This document shows positions 19,375 to 29,000 of a DNA stretch of 64,000 nucleotides, piece after piece. The stretch's first letter is position 1. Each line of letters opens with the position of its first letter. The notes beneath the pieces are model-generated. The model saw only the letters and a list, made by a program, of their open reading frames with translations, made no database searches and was not told the DNA's origin. The position numbers were made by a program, and so were the translations under genes. This DNA comes from Oligoflexales bacterium (GTDB taxonomy: Bacteria > Bdellovibrionota_B > Oligoflexia > Oligoflexales > Bog-1112): the NCBI GenBank assembly GCA_045105515.1, contig JBGCDR010000036.1, forward strand, positions 1 to 64,000, written 5' to 3'.

Positions 19375-20892
19375 TCACTTACCCTGGCGGATACGGCTCA
19401 ATTTGAGTAGTTCCGAATCCGTATTGCTTAAGTCAGTAACGGGAGATGTGAGTGCGATTAGGAATAGTTCCAAATTTCTAATCTGAGACTTGTCGAATCT
19501 TAGCGGGAGGAGAGTCTCTTCTCTATGTCCTATCCCTGAGTTTTCAGGAATGTCATCGTAGTGATTAAGAACATCGGCCAGTTTCGAGAAACGCCCATCA
19601 TGCGCGTAGGGTGCACGCTGTGCCACGTTTCTCAGGCTTGGTGTTTTGAACGCTCCTACTAATTCTAAATTTTCGGAATCTAGCCAAGGTAATTCTTGAC
19701 AGGATTCTCTGTTTTCATCGATCAGGCCACCTTGACAGTTCAAGGGGTTTTTCCGAACCATTAAAACCCCCATCGATCGACCAACATCAATATAAAGGTT
19801 CTGGATATTTAGGGTGAGATTTTTTTGCAAAGGGAGGCCTATATTGTGGAATTGTTGATCAGAAAAGTGAGGTCCCATATGACAGGAAGAGCAGTTTCCT
19901 GGGCCAGTAAAGAGGCGCAGACCTTCAAGTTCACTTTTGCCAAAGCCTTCTCCTAGAGCATCTGGGATTGGTATGCCTGCCTTGACTCTCTTAGCGAACT
20001 TGTCGAATGGGGAATTTACTGCGATGATTCCGGTTTCATATTGAGCTACAGCTTTACCGAAATTAGCAAAGACTTGATTGATTGCAGCTTGCTGGCCTGG
20101 GGACAGTTGTTGCCAGGCTTTTACCCAGGAACTTGGTGTTTTGGGAGTAAAATCTGATAATCTAGATACAAGTTTAGCAGGAGAGGTGCCGAGCCTGCTG
20201 GATTTTACGAGCAAAGCATCTTGAATGCTGAAACTGTCCAAACTAGCAAGTGTGTATGCTGACATTTTGGCTGAAGCATCAAAACTTCCATCCTCACCTT
20301 TTGCTTCTAGTGGCAGTTTACCTTTTAAACTATCGGGAAACTTGTCAAAGTGTCGCTCGTATTCTTTTTGATAGTGGTCCCGGAGAATGCGAGCAACATG
20401 AGTTCTGCTTATGCCATGTTCCATAGGGTGCTCTATGGGGCCTAAAGCTTGGGATGCTAAGGAATCAGCTCTCCCGTCCCAAAAAAACCAAAATGAAGCA
20501 AATGAATTGATGATGCTTGGGGTGCGCCTGAGGGTCTGGCCTAAACCCTGAGCAAATTGTAATCCATCGCTAAAATATTTTTCGGGCTGGTGGCAACTAG
20601 CACAAGCAATTTCTTTATTAGCTGAAAAACGTTTATCAAAAAAAAGCTTTTTACCAAAACGTGCTAGCTGTTGGTCTTGATCTGAAAATTTTGGCAGCTC
20701 GCTAGCTGAGTATGTCATTTGCCTAATTTCTGTTGCTAGTTCTATGTCTGACGGGATTGGCCGATTGGAGTGAGGGCGTATATTGGGAAGCAAGTTCCAA
20801 GTAGTGACGCTAATTGTTGCTAGGCCAAGCATGGTGAGTAGGTGTCGTGAGTTAAAACGTTTTAATTTCTTATGACTACGGCTATTTTTCAT
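19375..20892 (-). CDS. Di-heme cytochrome c peroxidase superfamily enzyme, MauG/MbnH type
   Basis: GKKLFFDKRFS, CASCH, FWDGRADSLASQALGP, CSSCH, FKTPSLRNV..RAPYAHDG...VLNHY. Confidence 0.92.
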   Translation of the reverse strand: MKNSRSHKKLKRFNSRHLLTMLGLATISVTTWNLLPNIRPHSNRPIPSDIELATEIRQMTYSASELPKFSDQDQQLARFGKKLFFDKRFSANKEIACASCHQPEKYFSDGLQFAQGLGQTLRRTPSIINSFASFWFFWDGRADSLASQALGPIEHPMEHGISRTHVARILRDHYQKEYERHFDKFPDSLKGKLPLEAKGEDGSFDASAKMSAYTLASLDSFSIQDALLVKSSRLGTSPAKLVSRLSDFTPKTPSSWVKAWQQLSPGQQAAINQVFANFGKAVAQYETGIIAVNSPFDKFAKRVKAGIPIPDALGEGFGKSELEGLRLFTGPGNCSSCHMGPHFSDQQFHNIGLPLQKNLTLNIQNLYIDVGRSMGVLMVRKNPLNCQGGLIDENRESCQELPWLDSENLELVGAFKTPSLRNVAQRAPYAHDGRFSKLADVLNHYDDIPENSGIGHREETLLPLRFDKSQIRNLELFLIALTSPVTDLSNTDSELLKLSRIRQGK

Positions 20893-20952
20893 GTTATTTC
20901 TGTACTCGCTTAATCTAGCCTAATTGATTCAGGCTTTTTGGGGGGAGTGAAT

Positions 20953-21474
20953 ATGGTAAAAATTATTATAATACCTACTTTCTTTTTTCTCTGGTGTGTT
21001 TCAGCCTCGAGTTTCAGTGTTGAGTTAGGGAGAGCGGTGATTCCAAGCCAGGGAGTTCAGCTTATAGTAGAAACCTTTGTCCAAAAAGAAGTAAGTCCAA
21101 GTCATGGGTCATCTTTTACTAGTGATAATCAACAAACAAATTTACAAGATAAAAAGCTAGTAGGTACAAAGAAGCTGGCAATAAATCAAGCGGGCACTAA
21201 GCTTTCTATAAACCGCATGACTGATCTCAGGATTAGCGTCCATAGTCTGAAAGAAGGACAAAATCTTTCAAGCCCATATGAATTAGTCTTTTTTGATGCT
21301 CGGATGCCTGAGCACAACCATGGCATGGTTGTGAAACCTAAGATTAGTCAGCTTGACGATTTGCATTGGAAGGTAGAGGGTTTTAAGCTACATATGAAGG
21401 GTCTGTGGCAATTTTATCTCACTGTAAAAGTTGGGCAAACAGAAGAGAAGGTGGGCTTTGATCTCGACATTTAG
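20953..21474 (+). CDS. YtkA/FixH-like exported metal-binding protein (candidate copper chaperone)
   Basis: Signal peptide; DARMPEHNHGM and LHMKGLWQF motifs typical of YtkA-like Ig-fold proteins. Confidence 0.78.
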   Translation: MVKIIIIPTFFFLWCVSASSFSVELGRAVIPSQGVQLIVETFVQKEVSPSHGSSFTSDNQQTNLQDKKLVGTKKLAINQAGTKLSINRMTDLRISVHSLKEGQNLSSPYELVFFDARMPEHNHGMVVKPKISQLDDLHWKVEGFKLHMKGLWQFYLTVKVGQTEEKVGFDLDI

Positions 21475-21617
21475 ATTAAAATCTGTTTTCCATATTACTT
21501 TATTAAAATCAGATGAATATTGAATGCCTAGTCCCAAAAAATCGCTTTAATCATTTTGAATGCGGTTTTATAAAGGTTCATTATAAGGGGAGAAACCCAC
21601 AGTAAAGGAGTGGCTAG

Positions 21618-22787
21618 TTGAAGAACTCTGGTGTCTTTAGATCGCGGGGGGTAAGTTGGTTGATGAATAAACTGTGCTTTACTTTGGGAAGCTTGCTAGT
21701 AGCTGCTTCAGCATTTGGAGGGAATCAGCCTTTCGATGAAGCTGATTACACTATTAGCGCAACTCTTTCGTCACCTATGAATACCATTGCAGGCTTAACG
21801 GAATGGGCCAAGAGCATAAATCATGTGTATGGCATCACTTCGATCGTGCTTATACTTGTTTTCTTTGCAGTTAGCCTTCCTTTAATCTATGCAATCTATA
21901 AATTTCGAGTGAATGATGATGAAGACCTAAAAAACTTGAAGCCTCCAAAACAGGTCCATGGCAATGTCATGCTAGAGCTTGCTTGGACCATCATACCTGT
22001 TATTCTTCTGCTCTTAATAGCTATTCCTACTTGGGAAGGAATTTTTAGTCAGCCCAGTACTCCTCCTGAGGGTGCTTTGAAGATCAAAGTCATAGGGCAT
22101 CAATGGTGGTGGGAATTTGAGTATCCTGAGCTAGGAATCACGACAGCTAGTGAGGTTCATTTGCCTGAAGATACTCCGGTCTATTTTGAATTGAGTTCAG
22201 CTGATGTTATCCATAGTTTTTGGATACCTCAATTTGGCGGAAAAAAAGATGTTCTACCAGGTGCTGATGCGATCAATTCCATGTTTTTTACAACCCCGAA
22301 GCTTGCCAATCCAGACAAAGCAGGGGGTGAGTACTATCAGGGCCAGTGCGTAGAGCTTTGCGGTTTGTCTCATGCTCTTATGCGTTTTGAAGCTGTGCTT
22401 CATTCCAAAGAAGAGTTTAACAGCTGGGCGAAGACTCATAATCAATCTCCTGAGATAGCATCTGATTTGGAAAAGAAAGGTGAGTTACTTTTCGCACAGT
22501 GCCAAGTTTGCCATACTATCGCGGGAACTCCATCTGAGGATTTGGAAAAGCAAATGCTCGCAATGGATCCCCCAACTCCGAAGCAAGGGCCTAACCTTAC
22601 GAATTTTGGTGACCGCCGGACCTTAGGCTCGGGTACAAGAAAGAATACCTATGAAAATTTTGCTAAATGGGTAAGGGACCCTCAGTCCATTAAGCCTGGT
22701 GCTACCATGACAGCATTTAACATGTCAGATGATGATATGCAGGCAATTGCAGCATATTTGAGGTTTTCGACAGCAAAACAGTATTGA
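21618..22787 (+). CDS. coxB: Cytochrome c oxidase subunit II with fused cytochrome c (caa3 type)
   Basis: LELAWTIIP, GHQWWWEF, SADVIHSFW, CuA site CVELCGLSHALM, heme c CQVCH, KPGATM. Confidence 0.96.
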   Translation: MKNSGVFRSRGVSWLMNKLCFTLGSLLVAASAFGGNQPFDEADYTISATLSSPMNTIAGLTEWAKSINHVYGITSIVLILVFFAVSLPLIYAIYKFRVNDDEDLKNLKPPKQVHGNVMLELAWTIIPVILLLLIAIPTWEGIFSQPSTPPEGALKIKVIGHQWWWEFEYPELGITTASEVHLPEDTPVYFELSSADVIHSFWIPQFGGKKDVLPGADAINSMFFTTPKLANPDKAGGEYYQGQCVELCGLSHALMRFEAVLHSKEEFNSWAKTHNQSPEIASDLEKKGELLFAQCQVCHTIAGTPSEDLEKQMLAMDPPTPKQGPNLTNFGDRRTLGSGTRKNTYENFAKWVRDPQSIKPGATMTAFNMSDDDMQAIAAYLRFSTAKQY

Positions 22788-22846
22788 TTATTGTCTGAAT
22801 GGTACGCATACCTTCATAGAATTGATTTAGTTTAGAATGGGATAAT

Positions 22847-24655
22847 TTGATGGCTAAAAATCTACCGAAAACCGGGATTGTGAGTTGGTTGACTACCGTT
22901 GACCATAAACGGATAGGGATCTTGTATGGGGCCACTGCCTTGTTCTTTCTTTTGTTTGGTGGGGCAGAAGCAATTTTTATGCGAACCCAACTTGCTCTTC
23001 CTAATAATAGTTTCCTAGATGCTGGTACTTTCAATGGTCTTGTGACTCTGCATGGAACTACCATGATTTTTCTTTTTGTGATGCCCTTAAGTGCTGCTTT
23101 TTTTAACTACCTGACCCCCTTGATGATTGGAGCTCCAGATGTAGCCTTTCCAAGAATGAACGCTCTGAGTTATTGGATCTTTCTTTTTGGGGGTCTGTTA
23201 CTTAATTTCTCTTTTGTTGTTGGATTGTTACCAGATGGTGGGTGGTTCAACTACGCTAATCTTACAGGTCCTAAATACAGCCCTAGTCATGCAATTGATT
23301 TCTGGGTTTTAGGGGTGCAGGTTGTGGGTCTTGCCTCCTTGATTGCAGCAATTAATTTTTTTGTGACTATCATGAATATGCGTTGTAAGGGAATGACTTT
23401 ACTTAAAATGCCCATCTTTATTTGGACTACACTGGTAACTCAGGTCTTACTAATTCTAGCTCTACCTGTGATTACTGTAGCTTTAGTCATGATGACTTTT
23501 GACCGTTCCTTTGGTACTGGCTTTTTTGATCCAGGAGCTGGTGGTCAAGTTATTATGTGGCAACATTTGTTCTGGATTTTTGGCCATCCAGAAGTATATA
23601 TCCTTATTCTTCCTGCTATGGGTATTGTATCTGAGATATTACCAACTTTTTCTCGTAAGCCATTGTTTGGCTATTCCGTTATGGTTTATTCATCTTGTGC
23701 CATTGGCTTTTTAGGCTTTGCTGTATGGGCTCACCATATGTTTACCACAGGACTAGGTCCTTGGGCTCAAGCTCTTTTTTCAGCAGCTACCATGCTTATT
23801 GCGGTTCCAACAGGTGTTAAAATCTTTAATTGGGTCTCTACCTTGTGGGGGGGGCATATCCGTTTTACAACCCCGATGCTTTTTGCCTTGAGCTTTATTG
23901 CAATGTTTACTCTTGGTGGCCTTTCTGGGATTATGCACTCCTCCCCGCCAATTGATTATCAGCATCAGGATACTTATTTTGTTGTAGCTCATTTCCATTA
24001 TGTCTTATACGGCGGAGCCGTTATGGCCTTATTTGGTGGCATCTTCTACTGGTTCCCGAAAGTTACAGGACGCTTTATGGATGAGGGGATGGGGAAGCTA
24101 CAGTTTTGGCTTTATATGATTGGATTTAATTTAACTTTTTTCCCAATGCATTTTCTTGGACTGCAAGGTATGCCAAGAAGAATTTATACTTACGCTCCAG
24201 ATCAAGGATGGAATCTGTGGAATTTGATGTGTACGGCAGGAGCATATATTACTGCTGCTGGAGGGGTTCTATTCTTTATTAACATTTTTTATAGCTTAAA
24301 GTTCGGAAAGAAAGCTCCTCATGATTGCTGGGATGGTCGGACTCTTGAGTGGACTCTGTCTTCTCCTCCTCCCGAGTATAATTTTGCCGTTGATCCAGAG
24401 GTAAAGGCTCTTGATGATTGGTGGTTAAGAAAGTGGGATAATCAAGGTAAGCGCTTGAATCCAGAGGTTCAGCCAGAAGTGGATCCAAGTACTAAATACC
24501 TACCAAATCCATCATTCTGGCCAATGGTGCTTGCTTTTGGGATTTTGTTGTTAGCATGTGGTCCATTTTTTGATGCGAAGGGAATTGCTTTAAGTTTGCT
24601 TGGGGTGCTTGTCATGCTGATTGCTACTTATGGTTGGTCTTTCGAGGAGGCATAG
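22847..24655 (+). CDS. coxA: Cytochrome c oxidase subunit I (A1 type)
   Basis: TVDHKRIG, AFPRMN, FGHPEVY, WAHHM, VVAHFHY, GMPRR. Confidence 0.98.
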   Translation: MMAKNLPKTGIVSWLTTVDHKRIGILYGATALFFLLFGGAEAIFMRTQLALPNNSFLDAGTFNGLVTLHGTTMIFLFVMPLSAAFFNYLTPLMIGAPDVAFPRMNALSYWIFLFGGLLLNFSFVVGLLPDGGWFNYANLTGPKYSPSHAIDFWVLGVQVVGLASLIAAINFFVTIMNMRCKGMTLLKMPIFIWTTLVTQVLLILALPVITVALVMMTFDRSFGTGFFDPGAGGQVIMWQHLFWIFGHPEVYILILPAMGIVSEILPTFSRKPLFGYSVMVYSSCAIGFLGFAVWAHHMFTTGLGPWAQALFSAATMLIAVPTGVKIFNWVSTLWGGHIRFTTPMLFALSFIAMFTLGGLSGIMHSSPPIDYQHQDTYFVVAHFHYVLYGGAVMALFGGIFYWFPKVTGRFMDEGMGKLQFWLYMIGFNLTFFPMHFLGLQGMPRRIYTYAPDQGWNLWNLMCTAGAYITAAGGVLFFINIFYSLKFGKKAPHDCWDGRTLEWTLSSPPPEYNFAVDPEVKALDDWWLRKWDNQGKRLNPEVQPEVDPSTKYLPNPSFWPMVLAFGILLLACGPFFDAKGIALSLLGVLVMLIATYGWSFEEA

Positions 24656-24723
24656 GTTTCTGGTTATGCGTATTGTGAGTTAAGCTAAGGTAGCTCGTTT
24701 TCTAAAATTTTCGGGGGGAGTCA

Positions 24724-25317
24724 GTGAGCGCACAAGATCATGCAGTCCATGAGACTGTGACTGGAGTAGATAATCGCAAGTTTGGGATGTGGATATTGAT
24801 AGCATCCGAATGCTTTTTGTTTGGCACTCTCATTGCCAACTATCTTATCAATAAGGCTAGAGGCTTGGTTGGTCCTACTCCTCAACAGATTTATGACATA
24901 GATATTACGACACTTAGTACTTTTGACCTTCTTATGAGTTCGGTAGCTATGGTTCTGGCTCTCCATGGTTGTCAAACCCGTGACATAAAGAAATTTCGAT
25001 TATGGACTGGGGTTGTTGTCGTAGGTGGGCTTATTTTCTTAGGTTTTCAGTACTATGAATTCTCTCACTTTGTACACAGTGGCCTTGGTTTAACCACAAA
25101 TATATTTGGTTCAAGTTTTTACTTACTTACAGGTTGCCATGGTGCTCACGTATTCTTTGGCGTCCTTTGGCTTAGTTCGATTTTAATTACTTCTTTTGCC
25201 AAGGGTGAAGATTGGTTTCCCTCTATCCCACTAGAAGTTGCTGGGCTCTACTGGCACTTTGTGGATGTTGTGTGGATTATAATATTTACCGTAGTCTATC
25301 TGTTTGTCTTTGTTTAG
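24724..25317 (+). CDS. coxC: Cytochrome c oxidase subunit III
   Basis: GMWILIASE, FYLLTGCHGAHV, GLYWHFVDVVW; GGGGAG RBS before GTG. Confidence 0.96.
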   Translation: MSAQDHAVHETVTGVDNRKFGMWILIASECFLFGTLIANYLINKARGLVGPTPQQIYDIDITTLSTFDLLMSSVAMVLALHGCQTRDIKKFRLWTGVVVVGGLIFLGFQYYEFSHFVHSGLGLTTNIFGSSFYLLTGCHGAHVFFGVLWLSSILITSFAKGEDWFPSIPLEVAGLYWHFVDVVWIIIFTVVYLFVFV

Positions 25318-25328
25318 GGGGATCGGGT

Positions 25329-25616
25329 ATGGTTAAGGAAGAAAAGCATGCTACCGTCAAGACCTATTGGGTACTTGCGGTTATTCTTTGCGTAATAACT
25401 TTTTTTGAGTGGGCTATTTTTAAGGTAGAGGACTTAAGGACTAGCGCTGCTTTTACGATTCCTGTTTTGTCTGGACTGTCGGTAGCAAAGTTCGTTATGG
25501 TTTGTGGCTGGTATATGCACCTGCGCTATGATCATGGAATGTTGTGGAAGATATTTGCTTTCTCTGCTTTTTTATCTACAGGGACTTTCTTTATTTTGTT
25601 CTTGGCGCTGTTATAG
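25329..25616 (+). CDS. Cytochrome c oxidase subunit IV (CtaF/CoxD family)
   Basis: Three TM segments, AKF...WYMHLRYD motif; start placed at ATG 25329. Confidence 0.88.
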   Translation: MVKEEKHATVKTYWVLAVILCVITFFEWAIFKVEDLRTSAAFTIPVLSGLSVAKFVMVCGWYMHLRYDHGMLWKIFAFSAFLSTGTFFILFLALL

Positions 25617-25634
25617 CTGGTTTGTTGTGCTGAA

Positions 25635-25745
25635 GAGGGTCTCTCCATTTTAGTCGAGATGACTGTCTTTGCAGTCGAGGTGACAACCGTCATTCGAGCG
25701 ACTTGTCCACCGTAGCTTTAGCCTAGGTGGAAGTCGAGGAATCTC
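25635..25745. repeat. REP-like palindromic element cluster
   Basis: GTCGAGATGAC and GTCGAGGTGAC, then a stem CGACTT-G-TCCACC...GGTGGA-AGTCG flanked by GTCATTCGAG and GAGGAATCTC. Confidence 0.65.
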
Positions 25746-25843
25746 TCAGGCCTCTATACGACTCTAACATCAGTGGATCAATCTATTGTTTTCCCTCATT
25801 CTTCGCGGTGCAGAATAAATTTTTTTGGTGAGAGGCCAGCAAT

Positions 25844-26788
25844 ATGTCCGTAGCCTATGCTCATGATCTGGCAGCAGAGCTTTATGAACCTTTGCCTGAA
25901 GGCTTGTTTGATTACAAGTTTGATTGGGATCCGACCTTGGCCTTTTTTGTGCTTCTCAGCATCCTCTACATTAGGGGATTGAAAGCATTTAGGGGAAAGG
26001 TGCCGGTTAAGAAATGGCAGATTGTTTGTTTCTTTGTTGGGGTTAGTATTAATGTTATCGCTTTGAGCCCACCTATTGATCCGCTGGCAGATAGACTGTT
26101 TTTTATGCATATGGTGCAGCATATGTTAATTGTAGCAGTTGGATCCCCCTTGATGCTATTTGGTGTTCCTTATTACATAGTGAGCCGTGGCTTGTCTGCT
26201 GGGTTTAGGCGAAAATTCTACTTTCCGGTGATTAAGAATCGCTTTTTGCGTTCTATTAACGGTTTTTTACTTCTCCCTCTAGTCTCTTTGGTTTTATTTG
26301 AAGCGAACTATTGGTTTTGGCATGTACCGCGCTTTTATAATTGGGCACTACTTAATGATTTCGTACACATGTTTGAGCACGCTTGTATGGCTGTAACTTC
26401 TCTTTATTTATGGCGGAATATCATTGATCCTTACCCTTTAAGGTGTCGTTTACATATGGGATTTCGACTGCTTTTTCTCGCAGCAATGATGGCATTGAAT
26501 ACGGTCTTAGCTGCTGCTCTTACCTATGCTAATAGCGTTTGGTACGCCTATGAGGGAATTCCTATGCCGAAATGGTGGTCTTATCGTTGGACTCATTTAG
26601 ATGATCAGCGCCTTGGTGGTCTTATAATGTGGATTCCAGGAGGGATTTTGACCTTTCTCTCTATGACTATTTGCTTTTTTGTTTGGGTTAAGAGAGAGCA
26701 GAATGCTGATATGATCCTTCAAGCGCGTCAAGAATCTGAGCTCGAGCGAGGAGTGTCCTTACCTGGAAAAAAACTTTCGCCCACATAA
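25844..26788 (+). CDS. ctaG: caa3-type oxidase assembly factor CtaG
   Basis: SPPIDPLADRLFFMHMVQHMLI, WFWHVPRFY, HMFEH, DQRLGGLIMWIPG. Confidence 0.92.
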   Translation: MSVAYAHDLAAELYEPLPEGLFDYKFDWDPTLAFFVLLSILYIRGLKAFRGKVPVKKWQIVCFFVGVSINVIALSPPIDPLADRLFFMHMVQHMLIVAVGSPLMLFGVPYYIVSRGLSAGFRRKFYFPVIKNRFLRSINGFLLLPLVSLVLFEANYWFWHVPRFYNWALLNDFVHMFEHACMAVTSLYLWRNIIDPYPLRCRLHMGFRLLFLAAMMALNTVLAAALTYANSVWYAYEGIPMPKWWSYRWTHLDDQRLGGLIMWIPGGILTFLSMTICFFVWVKREQNADMILQARQESELERGVSLPGKKLSPT

Positions 26789-26803
26789 AAACTTGAAACT
26801 ATC

Positions 26804-26832
26804 TTGACAGATTGCTCCCTAAGGCATATAAA
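26804..26832 (+). promoter_or_regulatory. sigma70 promoter of tRNA-Asp
   Basis: TTGACA-N17-TATAAA about 22 bp upstream of the tRNA. Confidence 0.75.
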
Positions 26833-26854
26833 AATCCTCGCTTTAACGCATTTC

Positions 26855-26931
26855 GGGGGAGTAGTTAAGTTGGTTATAACGCCGGCTTGTCACGCCGGAG
26901 GCCGCGGGTTCAAGTCCCGTCTCTCCCGCCA
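26855..26931 (+). tRNA. tRNA-Asp (GTC)
   Basis: Acceptor GGGGGAG/CTCTCCC, D arm GTTA..TAAC, anticodon arm CCGGC-TTGTCAC-GCCGG, T arm GCGGG-TTCAAGT-CCCGT, discriminator G, encoded CCA. Confidence 0.97.
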
Positions 26932-26943
26932 CCCATAATATTT

Positions 26944-26974
26944 AAAAGCCATCCCTCAGTGGATGGCTTTTTTT
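26944..26974 (+). terminator. Rho-independent terminator after tRNA-Asp
   Basis: AAAAGCCATCC-CTCAGT-GGATGGCTTTT followed by more Ts. Confidence 0.88.
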
Positions 26975-26990
26975 GTTTTAGGCAATATAA

Positions 26991-28172
26991 ATGTTAATAC
27001 ATGATGATTGTTTGAACGCCTTAGAGTATCTAGAAACTCAATCAGTTGATTTAGTATACTTAGATCCGCCATTTTTTACGCAGAAAAAGCACAGACAAAG
27101 AACTCGGGACAATACGAAAGAGTATGTGTTTGAAGATTGTTGGGACTCAATTGATAACTATCGTCAATATATAGAGGACAGACTTGATGTTTGCCACAAG
27201 ATCCTAAAGGATACGGGATCGATTTTCCTTCACTGTGATAAAACAGCATCTCATCACCTGAGATTAGCCCTTGATAAGGTCTTTGGTTCAGATAATTTTC
27301 AGAGTGAAATCATTTGGACTTTTCGTAGATGGTCCAATGCCAAAAAGGGACTATTAAATGGCCACCAAGTGATTTTATTTTACTCTAAGTCTGCAAGTTT
27401 CAAGTTTTATCAAATTTATCAAGCATACTCGCCAGCTACAAATATTGATCAAATATTTCAAGAGCGAGTAAGGGATGCTCATGGTAAATCTGTGTATAAA
27501 AAAAATGGCTTTAAACCAATTCTCCGTGAAGATAAAAAAGGGGTGCCTCTTTCAGACGTGTGGGACATGCCTTATTTGAATCCTAAAGCTAAGGAACGCG
27601 TTGGGTATCCAACCCAGAAACCTATTGAGCTATTAGAAAGAGTTATTAGCCTAGTAACTAAGGAAGGTGATTTGGTCTTCGATCCATTTTGCGGGAGTGG
27701 TACCAGTCTGGTTGCTGCGAGATTAATGAACCGTAGGTATTCAGGTATAGACCTATCTTTAGAAGCAATTAAGTTAGCACAACATAGAATTAAACACCCT
27801 ATAAAATCAAGCTCAACACTACTTCGAAACGGGAGAGCTTCATTTAATAATCAATGCTCTGAAATTGTCGATTTTCTTGAACGCATTAATGTTTATCCAG
27901 TTCAAAGGAATAAGGGTATCGATGGATTTTTAAAACAGGGGAACTCTATTAAACCAATACCGGTTAAAGTCCAACGGATGGAAGAATCCTTTGCTTCTGC
28001 CAAAGATAAACTACTAAAAGCATGCAAGAGTAGTGATTTTGAAGTAAAAATCTTAATCAGTCAAGAAACTCCTACCCGAAAGTATTTTCATAAAGAAAAG
28101 CTCTATATCATTCCTAGCGCGTTAGCATCCCATGAGCATATTCGCAGTACTGTGCTTAAAGATTCTTGTTAG
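26991..28172 (+). CDS. Beta-class N6-adenine/N4-cytosine DNA methyltransferase
   Basis: VYLDPPF first, then YPTQKP..LLER and DPFCGSGT; extra C-terminal domain starting VQRNKGIDGF. Confidence 0.93.
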   Translation: MLIHDDCLNALEYLETQSVDLVYLDPPFFTQKKHRQRTRDNTKEYVFEDCWDSIDNYRQYIEDRLDVCHKILKDTGSIFLHCDKTASHHLRLALDKVFGSDNFQSEIIWTFRRWSNAKKGLLNGHQVILFYSKSASFKFYQIYQAYSPATNIDQIFQERVRDAHGKSVYKKNGFKPILREDKKGVPLSDVWDMPYLNPKAKERVGYPTQKPIELLERVISLVTKEGDLVFDPFCGSGTSLVAARLMNRRYSGIDLSLEAIKLAQHRIKHPIKSSSTLLRNGRASFNNQCSEIVDFLERINVYPVQRNKGIDGFLKQGNSIKPIPVKVQRMEESFASAKDKLLKACKSSDFEVKILISQETPTRKYFHKEKLYIIPSALASHEHIRSTVLKDSC

Positions 28173-28294
28173 TATTGTATAGCTGTACAATCGAAAATCT
28201 TACATCGATTGTTAAAAGTAGTCATGCCTTCATAGTGAGTATATGCTAGAATAGAAGGATTGTTTTATTAAATACAGTTAGACAAGGAGCATTC

Positions 28295-28834
28295 ATGGGA
28301 GATGCTTTATCCAGGCTCGTCAATTCTTTGCAGAACAACCCAATCGAGGAGTTTAAAAACATACTTGAACAAGCTAGAATCACGACAAAGGAGGTTAAAA
28401 ATCACTGTTTTTTCAGTGAGCATTATTATACTCGTAACTTGGTTTACGCTGAAGATACATTTGAACTAATAGTTTTGTGTTGGAATGGTAAACAACAAAC
28501 ACCTATTCATGATCATAACAACTCAGATGGTTGGCTAAGTGTTATTCAAGGTGGTGTCACTGAAACCATTTATGCTTGGGATAAAAATACGAGGGAAGCT
28601 AAGATTCAAGATGTTATTTCTAATGAAGAACTCGGCTCTGGTGCAGTTAGTCATGTTAATGATGACATAGGAGTCCATTCTATTTGTAACCCTGATGATG
28701 GTGAATCAATAACCTTACATTTGTATTCTCCAAGGATCTTAAAATGTCATTATGTGGATCATCAAAGTGCAGCGATAAAGGAAAAGGTTTTGAGCTTTCA
28801 TTCAATTGGAGGGAAGCTTGTAAAAAGCAGCTAA
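28295..28834 (+). CDS. Cysteine dioxygenase type I family protein
   Basis: YTRNLV, LCW, TPIHDH, GVH, SITLHLYSP. Confidence 0.92.
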   Translation: MGDALSRLVNSLQNNPIEEFKNILEQARITTKEVKNHCFFSEHYYTRNLVYAEDTFELIVLCWNGKQQTPIHDHNNSDGWLSVIQGGVTETIYAWDKNTREAKIQDVISNEELGSGAVSHVNDDIGVHSICNPDDGESITLHLYSPRILKCHYVDHQSAAIKEKVLSFHSIGGKLVKSS

Positions 28835-29000
28835 GAAATTTTCTGTTTTATCTAGTCGACTAATCTGTATTCTCAAGTACATCGATGAATATTGTAAATA
28901 CCAAGATTTTTCTTAGGTATAATTTACTTTAAATAGCATGCTAACTAAGTTATGTTGAGTGACTGTTGGAATCCAGAGAATTGTTTAAAAAGTCGAAATT

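Noticed and set aside
23847..23854. G8 tract in coxA as a phase-variation site
   Set aside because: Explained by the conserved W-G-G codons; frame is intact
26932..28300. Prophage or integrative element at tRNA-Asp
   Set aside because: No integrase and no duplicated tRNA 3' end noticed downstream
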